Assembly (NCBI GenBank): GCA_964519365.1
Contig: CAZFHP010000001.1
Coordinates: 3-64,002 of the forward strand
Direction: 5' to 3'
DNA length: 64,000 nt
Source of the DNA: an uncultured Pseudomonadota bacterium
Lineage (GTDB): Bacteria; Babelota; Babeliae; Babelales; RVW-14
The position numbers and the translations under genes were made by a program. The notes beneath the pieces were generated by a model. That model did no database searches. It worked only from the letters and a program-made list of their open reading frames with translations, and was not told where the DNA came from. Below, one piece after another: positions 15,826 to 23,499 of the stretch (within the stretch, counting starts at the first letter, position 1; every line of letters starts with the position of its first letter).

Positions 15826-17109
15826 TTATCGTATGAAATCAAAAGTCCTGCTGTAATAACGCGAACCAAACAATCTCTCACGCTTCAACCACGCAAACAA
15901 CTCTTTACTACGTTGATCATTTTGATGGCAATAGCAAACATACCCATCTTCAAATTCTTCACTTCGCAAATAATATAGAATATCATCATCATCTTTACAA
16001 CCTAAAAATATAGCCCACCTTAACCAAAAACTTCTTTTGATTTTTCTATATTTTAATGGCTTAAAACAAAAAGATTCTTTTGTGCTAACTCGCCCCTTTT
16101 TAAAAGCAGAAACACAACAACTCGCACACATAAGCTTATATCCATTAATTGAACGCATTTCTCCGGTATATTCAAGCGGAATAGCAAGCTCTTGGTCATC
16201 ACTTCGCATTAAAAGAAATTGTCCTAAATCTCCTTTGGGTTCGTTCTTCCTAAATAGTTGACCAACCCCGTTCGCAACAAAAATATTCCAACATTCTTGA
16301 GGAAAACTCAAAACCTCGTTTGAACTATCAAATGCTACAAAGAAACCATCAGCTATCAACATCCCTTGCGATGGTGATAAAAGACTATACATTCGGCTAA
16401 GTGTTCCAAGAGGATCGACAAGGTGCCGAAGCGTCCAACTTGAAACAATTAAATCAACTTGCCCTTTAAGGGCAAAACCTCTTTTTTCAAATTCTTCATC
16501 AATGTTTTCAATTTTAAATTGATTTAGTCGACAATGCGTAATATTTCCACAACGCTCAACTTCTCTCTCACATTCTTTACCACCAGTAACACTAAAAATA
16601 TGAACCTTCTTTCCAGTCTTTTGACACTCTTCATCCTGTCCAAGAACACGCATAGCATGAGAGCCCCATTCACCAGTACCACAACCAACATCGATTATGC
16701 AAATCTCATTTTTCCCCTTAGAAAAAAGTTTTTTAAACACTAAATCATCATTCAACCCAAGTAAACCATAAGCCTCTTTACCTTTTTCAGCCCAGCTATA
16801 ACCGTTCTCTTTTTTATTTTTTTCAAACGCCTTATCAACAGCATCTTGCACAGCCCTTGGCCGGGCTCCAAGGACTATTTTCTGTGCTTGCTCATATGTT
16901 TCTTTCTTTTGAGTTAGTTCCTGCTCTGTTTTAGCTGTTTTTACAGAAGTCTCTTCAGGTTCTCTTTGTGACGCTGGAGCCTTTCTTTTTTCTCCCTTTT
17001 CTTTAGGGTGCTGCATAACTATGCAGTTATCAAAAGAAAAACTCGCAAGCAACACACTTGCTACAAATAAACGTTTTAAAAAAAATCGAGAAAATTTAGT
17101 AGAAATCAT
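15826..17109 (-). CDS. signal/anchor-bearing class I SAM-dependent methyltransferase (427 aa)
   Basis: N-terminal FFLKRLFVASVLLASFSF, then a Lys/Glu-rich linker, then motif I CIIDVGCGTGEWG. Paralog of 17695..18600. Confidence 0.6.
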   Translation of the reverse strand: MISTKFSRFFLKRLFVASVLLASFSFDNCIVMQHPKEKGEKRKAPASQREPEETSVKTAKTEQELTQKKETYEQAQKIVLGARPRAVQDAVDKAFEKNKKENGYSWAEKGKEAYGLLGLNDDLVFKKLFSKGKNEICIIDVGCGTGEWGSHAMRVLGQDEECQKTGKKVHIFSVTGGKECEREVERCGNITHCRLNQFKIENIDEEFEKRGFALKGQVDLIVSSWTLRHLVDPLGTLSRMYSLLSPSQGMLIADGFFVAFDSSNEVLSFPQECWNIFVANGVGQLFRKNEPKGDLGQFLLMRSDDQELAIPLEYTGEMRSINGYKLMCASCCVSAFKKGRVSTKESFCFKPLKYRKIKRSFWLRWAIFLGCKDDDDILYYLRSEEFEDGYVCYCHQNDQRSKELFAWLKRERLFGSRYYSRTFDFIR

Positions 17110-17197
17110 AGCAATGCCTCCATTTTAACCAAATTATAACCTCATATTTTTATTTTAACACATTTATCATTTTCATCAAGAGCCCCATTCACACGCA

Positions 17198-17674
17198 TCA
17201 TTGCAACAGGCATGTCTCAATATAAAGCTCAGAGTGACAAAGCGTAATTGGTTTACGATAATCTTGGCTTTGCAGCTCACACATTGCCCGAGCAAGATCA
17301 TGTGCACATTCTAAGTCTCTACCCTCTGATAATTTCGTACACGACACAAGCCATTCCATCACCCACGATATAACATCATCAAACGTTTGATCAAGCATAA
17401 AATTTTTCGTATGGGCATACTCAAAAGAAAGATTCTGTATCCCAGCATACGTTTCTTGTGCTGTTTTCAGCATACTTGGGGAAAAATTAATCCCAATAAC
17501 TTTTCCAGCAGGAACTTGTTACACAATGGTCGCGACAACTTTACCATCACGGCAACCAATATCAAGAATAGTTTCATGCCCTTTAAAAGAAATGTCTTGT
17601 AAAACGTTAAACACAAATTGCTTTTGCGGTTTTGAACGTTCTTCGTAACATTTCCCATCCCATCTATCACTCAT
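17198..17674 (-). pseudogene. small class I SAM methyltransferase interrupted by an in-frame TAA
   Basis: Reverse-strand ATG at 17674 is preceded by GGGGGAG. Translation is MSDRWDGKCYEERSKPQKQF...ILDIGCRDGKVVATIV-TAA-QVPAGKVIGINFSPSMLKTAQ... and continues into track ORF 17198..17473. The stop is at 17519-17521. Confidence 0.6.
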
Positions 17675-17694
17675 AACTCCCCCTTTCTATTACG

Positions 17695-18600
17695 TTATTT
17701 GGGCCGCACTATCTTTCTTTTTTTAAACACCGTTACAAAGCCACTTGAGCACTGATACGATTTTGCGACTTGATGAATATCTCCTGTATATTCAGGAATA
17801 ATAAGTTCCTGGTTATTGTTTCGCATTAAAAGAAAATCATCTAAATCTTGTCCATCGTCATAAAAACGAAAGAATAAACTATTACTATCTACGCCAAGCA
17901 AACCTTTATTGTCCTTGGGAAAACACTGAATCTTTTTTGAGCTATCAAGGGCAAACCAAAAGCCGTTAGACATTATTATCCCTTGCTGTGAGGTTAACAA
18001 ACGATACATTCGTTTAAGCGTCCCAACAGGGTCAACTAAATGCCTAAGTGTCCAGCGAGAAACAATTAAATCAACTTTATTTTTAAGATCAAAGCCTCGT
18101 TTTAAAAACTCTTCATCAATATTCTCTATTTTAAATTGATTTAATTGATAATGCATAACGTTACCCTGACACGTAATAACTTCTTTACACTCTTGCCCGC
18201 CAGTAACACTAAAAATATGGATCTTTTTTGTCTTTTGATATTGTTTGCTCTTGCTAAGAACATCCATTGCATGGCGCCCCCATTTACCCGTTGCACAACC
18301 AACATCAATTATATAGATCTCATCTTTTTTAGGAAAAGCAAGCTTCTTAAGAACGCTATCATCATTAAGCCCAAATAGTTTATAACGAGAAGAGCCATTT
18401 TTCCCAGTCCATCTTTTCCCTTTTTTGTTTTTTTCAAAAGCTTTATCAACAGCCTCTTGTACTCTCTTGGGGCGATCTGATTCTACTTTTTTTTGTATTT
18501 TCCTGTGCTGTTTTTTCTTTTTTTTAGCAATGCAATCACCACAAAAAAAACTTGCAACCAAAACGCTTAAAAAAAATCGAAACAATAGAGCATAAAACAT
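17695..18600 (-). CDS. signal/anchor-bearing class I SAM-dependent methyltransferase (301 aa)
   Basis: N-terminal FFLSVLVASFF, a basic linker, and motif I YIIDVGCATGKWG. Shares RP.RVQ.AVDKAFEKNKK...LFGLNDD...LNQFKIENIDEEF with 15826..17109. Confidence 0.6.
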   Translation of the reverse strand: MFYALLFRFFLSVLVASFFCGDCIAKKKKKQHRKIQKKVESDRPKRVQEAVDKAFEKNKKGKRWTGKNGSSRYKLFGLNDDSVLKKLAFPKKDEIYIIDVGCATGKWGRHAMDVLSKSKQYQKTKKIHIFSVTGGQECKEVITCQGNVMHYQLNQFKIENIDEEFLKRGFDLKNKVDLIVSRWTLRHLVDPVGTLKRMYRLLTSQQGIIMSNGFWFALDSSKKIQCFPKDNKGLLGVDSNSLFFRFYDDGQDLDDFLLMRNNNQELIIPEYTGDIHQVAKSYQCSSGFVTVFKKRKIVRPK

Positions 18601-18692
18601 TTTATTCCCAAAAACGTAAGAAAATAAGCACTATCTTGAAAAAATTAGCATTTAACTTTTTTTGCATTTACTCTCCTAAAGAGGATTGAACA

Positions 18693-20330
18693 ATGTTAAA
18701 ATGCAAACAATTACTTATTGTAACAATAATAACAAGCGCTATCAATAGCATTCAAGCCCCCATAGTCTCTGCGATGCACCCACCCGTTGTACCTCTGAGC
18801 GAAAGAGACCTTGCAACCTTCAGACAAAATGTAGAACACGCCAACGAACGTGCTGAAGATGCCGTTGAAAAATCCGACCAGTGTCTCTCAGTCATTTGCT
18901 CAATAAACCGTGAAGCTCTTTCCGCAGTAGATAGAACACGCGACACCATAAATGCACTTCGCGAAACAACAGATCGCCTATCACAACAAACCCAAGAAAT
19001 TGCCCCGAGAATAGAGCAAGCACAAACTGCTACACGAAATTTAGAACAAGAGTATCAACGGCTCAATACTGCTATGGCACAAAACTTTGCTCAAAACATT
19101 ACACAAGCAGAAGAGCGATTATCAGCAGTTGCACAGCAAGAACGAGCTCTTGACGTGCAAGATCGAATCAGAATAGAACAAGCAAGCATACATGAAATGC
19201 AACAACAGGGAGTTTATGAACAAGCACAAAGAATTCAAGCACAAGCAACAATAAACGTCGAAAAAGAAAAGTGGAAAAATATTCACCAAATCTTAAATAG
19301 CTCAAAGCCCATAATAAAAATTGTATCGGCGATAATCGCTATTGCTTTAGGCGTTTATCTAATTAAGCATGGGATGCCTATGCTCCTTGATTACTTAACC
19401 GAACCAAGCGTTATAAAAGAAACATCTCGTATCGACTGGCTTGATTGGTTTGGACTTGATATTTGGCAAGACTCTTTAAAAGAAGATAGTAATCTTGACG
19501 ATCTTATTTTCACACCAAGCCTACATAAACAATTATTTGATCTTTTCCTACGCGTACAAACAGCTCACGAATATGATCAAACCCTTCCTAACGTATTATT
19601 TCATGGCCCTTCAGGAACAGGAAAAACAGCTGTTGCCAAAATACTAGCATATGTATCAGGCTTTGATTATGCTATCACATCAGGTTCAGAGTTTGCCAAA
19701 GATTTAAAAATAGCAACCAAAGAATTACATAATCTTTTAAACTGGGCAGAAGAAAGCGACCGGGGAGTTATTATTTTTATTGATGAAGCAGAATCACTCT
19801 TTGCAAACAGAAATCTTTCCACAACACCAAACGCCAAGCAAGACTTTATTAATACTTTTTTATCACTTATTTCAGATCAATCGCAAAAAAATATAATGTT
19901 TATTTTCGTAACAAATCATCCATTTAAGTTAGACGATGCAATTACTAATCGTATAGGAACAAGTATAAAATTCACATTACCAACAGCATTAGAACGAGAA
20001 CAAATTCTTTTAACATACCTTAATCAGTTTGCCAAAGAAAATAACGATGCAATCGTTGCGATACAACCAGAAGTTAAACAATCTCTTGCAAAATATGTCA
20101 CCAATTTTGAAGACGTTTGCCCAAGAGATCTTAAATTTATGGCTGAAAAAATGATCATCACAGCTCGACGACAAGAACCTCAAGAACTAACACCAGATAT
20201 CGTTCAAGCAATAGTTGACGAAAAGAAAGATGCCCTTGATCAAATAACACTTTGGAAAAAAGAACGCGAAAAATGGGTTGACGGTATCAAGTGGTCGCCG
20301 AACAAAACACTTATTTACTACACAGGCTGA
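18693..20330 (+). CDS. ATAD3-like AAA+ ATPase (signal peptide, Gln-rich coiled coil, TM helix, AAA domain)
   Basis: Walker A HGPSGTGKTAVAK and Walker B IIFIDEAESL. The TM and junction region ALGVYLIKHG...EPSVIKETSRI, plus GFDYAITSGSEFA and the AAA core, align collinearly with my recollection of human ATAD3A (AVGVYSAKNAT...KPSLVRETSRI, GMDYAIMTGGDVA). Confidence 0.65.
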   Translation: MLKCKQLLIVTIITSAINSIQAPIVSAMHPPVVPLSERDLATFRQNVEHANERAEDAVEKSDQCLSVICSINREALSAVDRTRDTINALRETTDRLSQQTQEIAPRIEQAQTATRNLEQEYQRLNTAMAQNFAQNITQAEERLSAVAQQERALDVQDRIRIEQASIHEMQQQGVYEQAQRIQAQATINVEKEKWKNIHQILNSSKPIIKIVSAIIAIALGVYLIKHGMPMLLDYLTEPSVIKETSRIDWLDWFGLDIWQDSLKEDSNLDDLIFTPSLHKQLFDLFLRVQTAHEYDQTLPNVLFHGPSGTGKTAVAKILAYVSGFDYAITSGSEFAKDLKIATKELHNLLNWAEESDRGVIIFIDEAESLFANRNLSTTPNAKQDFINTFLSLISDQSQKNIMFIFVTNHPFKLDDAITNRIGTSIKFTLPTALEREQILLTYLNQFAKENNDAIVAIQPEVKQSLAKYVTNFEDVCPRDLKFMAEKMIITARRQEPQELTPDIVQAIVDEKKDALDQITLWKKEREKWVDGIKWSPNKTLIYYTG

Positions 20331-20334
20331 CACT

Positions 20335-21252
20335 ATGAAATATCGATATTTATTTTGTTGTATCACATGCTTTGTCACACTAAACATTTACTCTTTTTTA
20401 TGCGCACATAACGCACAAGCACACCCAATAGAAACTCCAAATATTATTTCAGGATACGAAAAAGACATAACACTTCTTGCCGAACATATTTACGACCTGC
20501 TTGAGCAAAAGCTCTCACTTGATCAAATCGCAGATATTTTCATAGAAAATCCAAACGGTACCTACAATATCGAGAATCTCACACAGTATATTCAAGAGTT
20601 ATTAGATCAAGATCTCTCAAAAGAAAAGATCATCAATATTATTGTTAAAAATAAAGAAGCAGAAGAGTTTTATGCCCACAAAAACTTTTGGGACAAAATA
20701 GAGCATGGGTATCTTACGTTCAAAATTATTATCATTGTTACTATCGTCACTATTATCAGTTATATGATATATCGTTATTGCAAAAACAATCAAGGCGGTT
20801 CTGGAAATGCCTCTGGAGCAGGGAGTAACCCCGTTCAAGAATCACACCCCGACCAAACACTTATAGATCCACCCCCACAGCCAGATCTACCACAACAAAC
20901 ACCCACTCAGCCAGAACCTCTAGAGCTGACCCCATCAGAAGAACCACAAAATCATTCAGAACCTGAACCACATAACCCACAAGAAGCAATAGAGCCACAC
21001 TCAATTCCGGAAGAAAACAATCAAGAAGAAGCCATACCACATATTCCCGAAGGCAATCAAATAACCCCTAATACTCCGCCGCTAGGGGGGCAAGAAACGC
21101 CGTCACAAGAAATACCTAATCCAGACCTCCCCCCCGCCCGCATACAACAAATACAACAAATACAACAAATACAACAAATACGAACTTCCAGATACTCCTC
21201 AACAGCCGGAGAACAATTTACACACTTTTCTCGTTTGAGATTAGATCTCTAG
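20335..21252 (+). CDS. membrane protein with Pro/Gln/Glu-rich C-terminal tail
   Basis: Starts 5 nt after the AAA gene. Signal-like MKYRYLFCCITCFVTLNIYSFLCA, a TM helix FKIIIIVTIVTIISYMIY, then a PQPDLPQQTPTQPEP...IQQIQQIQQIQQI low-complexity tail. Confidence 0.55.
   Translation: MKYRYLFCCITCFVTLNIYSFLCAHNAQAHPIETPNIISGYEKDITLLAEHIYDLLEQKLSLDQIADIFIENPNGTYNIENLTQYIQELLDQDLSKEKIINIIVKNKEAEEFYAHKNFWDKIEHGYLTFKIIIIVTIVTIISYMIYRYCKNNQGGSGNASGAGSNPVQESHPDQTLIDPPPQPDLPQQTPTQPEPLELTPSEEPQNHSEPEPHNPQEAIEPHSIPEENNQEEAIPHIPEGNQITPNTPPLGGQETPSQEIPNPDLPPARIQQIQQIQQIQQIRTSRYSSTAGEQFTHFSRLRLDL
21142..21180 (+). repeat. 9-bp coding tandem repeat (ATACAACAA x4 plus a partial unit)
   Basis: Four perfect tandem units encode the IQQ repeats inside ORF 20335..21252. 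Confidence 0.9.
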
Positions 21253-21331
21253 AAAACATTTGACATCACACACAAGAGCCTTTAAATTTATTGCTTGTGT
21301 AACTCTCTAATCTCAAAATAATGGGACCAAT

Positions 21332-21895
21332 ATGTCCAACTTAAAAAATACTAAGACCGAAAAAAATATTTTGACGGCATTTGCTGGTGAATCACAAGCA
21401 CGAAATCGATATACCTACTTTGCGTCAAAAGCAAAAAAAGAAGGCTTCGTACAAATAGCTGCTATTTTTGAAGAAACCGCAAATCACGAAAAAGAACATG
21501 CAAAAAGATTGTTTAAGTTTCTTGAAGGGGGAGAAGTCGAAGTTCAGGCAAGCTTTCCTGCAGGTAAAATTGGAACTACCTTAGAAAATCTTGAAGCATC
21601 TGTTCGTGGCGAAAACGAAGAACATACACATATGTACCCAACGTTTGCCAAAGAAGCACGAGAAGAAGGTTTTGAAAATATAGCACAAGTATTTGAATCG
21701 ATCGCACAAGCAGAAATATATCACGAATCTCGCTTTAAACATTTTGCCGAACGTATCAAAAGCAATACTGTATTTAAACAAGACAAAGAAGTAAAATGGG
21801 TATGTAGAAACTGTGGATATGTACACACAGGAGCAGAAGCTCCTGATGAGTGTCCTGCATGCGCTCACCCACAAGCACATTATCAATTAATCTGA
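21332..21895 (+). CDS. rubrerythrin
   Basis: N-terminal ferritin-like di-iron domain (ESQARNRYTYFA...EHAKR...E..H...F) plus a C-terminal rubredoxin-like CRNCG...CPAC. Confidence 0.85.
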   Translation: MSNLKNTKTEKNILTAFAGESQARNRYTYFASKAKKEGFVQIAAIFEETANHEKEHAKRLFKFLEGGEVEVQASFPAGKIGTTLENLEASVRGENEEHTHMYPTFAKEAREEGFENIAQVFESIAQAEIYHESRFKHFAERIKSNTVFKQDKEVKWVCRNCGYVHTGAEAPDECPACAHPQAHYQLI

Positions 21896-21916
21896 ACTTT
21901 ATTATCCAATACGTAC

Positions 21917-21949
21917 AAAAAAGCGTAAGCAGTTATTGCTTACGCTTTT
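21917..21949. terminator. bidirectional terminator hairpin
   Basis: AAAAAAGCGTAAGCA-GTTAT-TGCTTACGCTTTT lies between convergent rubrerythrin and ORF 21940..22143. Confidence 0.6.
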
Positions 21950-22143
21950 CTAACAAATTCCCAAATAACTTTGCCTTTGCAATTTCGACATGGCGGAAAC
22001 TTTTCCCCTTTGGTCAATGGAATTTCTCGTTGTTCTTCTGACTTACAACTTTCTTTGCCTGTACAATCACGACCTTTTAAACGATAAACTCCAGACTCTG
22101 GACAAACTTCTCCAATATGAAACGTATCACCTCTATGAGCCAT
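21940..22143 (-). CDS. small Cys-rich hypothetical protein (67 aa)
   Basis: ATG ORF with CPESG...C.GKESC...PPCRNCKG, possibly a zinc-binding arrangement. I am not sure of any family. Confidence 0.4.
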   Translation of the reverse strand: MAHRGDTFHIGEVCPESGVYRLKGRDCTGKESCKSEEQREIPLTKGEKFPPCRNCKGKVIWEFVRKA

Positions 22144-22234
22144 AGCTTCTCTCCCTCTTTGTTAAACTCAAAAAAATCTTTTATCTCTCGAAGTTATTTA
22201 TAGATTAACGCTACAGGATACCATATTGTCAAGA

Positions 22235-22684
22235 TTATTGATCTAATCGACCTAATCTCATTTGTTCTGCAAGCTTTAAACTTGCTTTCGTATGTTCATC
22301 AACTTTTTCATGAGCAAGAGCTTCACCTAGAGTCATCCAGGCAACACTGTCAAGCTCATCCGGCTCAAGAGCTCGAGCTTCACCAGATTTGTATCGACAA
22401 AGAAAAACAATATCAAGAACCCACGCCCCAAAATCAGCATAAAACAAACTGCTTTTTATATAGCGCATGTCATTATGAACTTCTAAGCCAACTTCTTCCA
22501 TAATTTCACGTTTAAGAGTCTGTTCTAAAACATCCTGGCAATTCTCTGTCGCTTCAACTTTGCCTCCAACTATCGAAAAAACACCTGGAGCATGATCTTC
22601 TTTGTGACTTCGCTCTGCTAACAACCATTTATTATCTTTAAAAATAGCCGCTTCGACGTTTACAACATATAGTTTCTTAGGCAT
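22235..22684 (-). CDS. NUDIX hydrolase
   Basis: Nudix box GGKVEATE-(11 aa)-REIMEEVGL. The spacer between the first Glu and RE is longer than the canonical x7. Confidence 0.8.
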   Translation of the reverse strand: MPKKLYVVNVEAAIFKDNKWLLAERSHKEDHAPGVFSIVGGKVEATENCQDVLEQTLKREIMEEVGLEVHNDMRYIKSSLFYADFGAWVLDIVFLCRYKSGEARALEPDELDSVAWMTLGEALAHEKVDEHTKASLKLAEQMRLGRLDQ

Positions 22685-22701
22685 AACGACCTTTCATCAC
22701 A

Positions 22702-23103
22702 TTAAAAAATATCCAGCTGGTCACTTTCTGGTTCAGAAATTTTTTTCAAGACAAACCTCATAATGCTTTGCGCAGACTTAATGGCAATCTTGACGTCATC
22801 TGATTCTGGAATATCATGTTCTGTTGGATATCTAAACTTAGTTGCAAATGGATTAAGCTGCTCAACTATCTCGTTAAGTTTATTAAAATTTTGATCAATT
22901 TGAACACACAACCAGTTAAGTTTAATAAGATCATGCGTTTTTAGAATTTCTTGTTTTTGAAAAGCTAAATAACCCTTCAGAGATTTCTCAGATGCTTGCT
23001 GGCAATGATACACCGCTGTTGAAAACAACTCATTCTTTAAAAGCACTTTAGCAGAAAGCAAATCTGTTTTCGCGATCTTCAACCAGTCTTCATGCCCGAG
23101 CAT
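22702..23103 (-). CDS. HEPN domain protein (HepT-like toxin of an MNT/HEPN pair)
   Basis: About 130 aa and helical. It has the R-x4-H motif (KFRYPTEH) near the C-terminus and overlaps the upstream nucleotidyltransferase gene. Confidence 0.75.
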   Translation of the reverse strand: MLGHEDWLKIAKTDLLSAKVLLKNELFSTAVYHCQQASEKSLKGYLAFQKQEILKTHDLIKLNWLCVQIDQNFNKLNEIVEQLNPFATKFRYPTEHDIPESDDVKIAIKSAQSIMRFVLKKISEPESDQLDIF

Positions 23104-23413
23104 AAATAAGCTCTCCGTCCCTTTTAATCTTATGGCTAAGCGTTGTTACATTATTTGAAATACGATCAAATTCTTCTTTGGTTTGAACAATAAGATCCTT
23201 TGATATCCCCTCTAAACCACGAAGCGCCTTGTACCCAATAAGAGGCCGCTTATACGTTTTTTGTTCAGATTCTTCGACAACAATCAATAAATCTAAGTCG
23301 CTATCTTCTGTTGGGGTACCCCATGCATATGATCCAAAAAGATAAATTTCTACAGGGTCATACGCCTTTACAAGCCGACTTTTTATCTCTTCTATAACCT
23401 CTTTACTTACCAT
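23090..23413 (-). CDS. minimal nucleotidyltransferase (MntA-like antitoxin)
   Basis: The LFGSYAWGTPTEDSDLDLLIVV motif matches GSxxxGxxxxxSDxDL. The start could also be 23431 or 23449. Confidence 0.75.
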   Translation of the reverse strand: MVSKEVIEEIKSRLVKAYDPVEIYLFGSYAWGTPTEDSDLDLLIVVEESEQKTYKRPLIGYKALRGLEGISKDLIVQTKEEFDRISNNVTTLSHKIKRDGELIYARA

Positions 23414-23499
23414 GCATCCCTCTACTTCCATACCAACAATACTAATCAATCTGATATTAATTAGATTGTACCGCCAAAAAGTAAAAAATCAAAAAAGCT

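Noticed and set aside
17467-17670. Track ORF 17467..17670 (-), 67 aa.
   Set aside because: It is in the wrong frame. The adjacent frame starting at 17674 encodes a clear methyltransferase motif I and joins ORF 17198..17473 across a single TAA.
21142-21180. The short tandem repeat as a possible CRISPR-like or regulatory repeat.
   Set aside because: The 9-bp units are contiguous with no spacers and lie in frame within a low-complexity coding tail. It is a coding microsatellite, not a CRISPR array.
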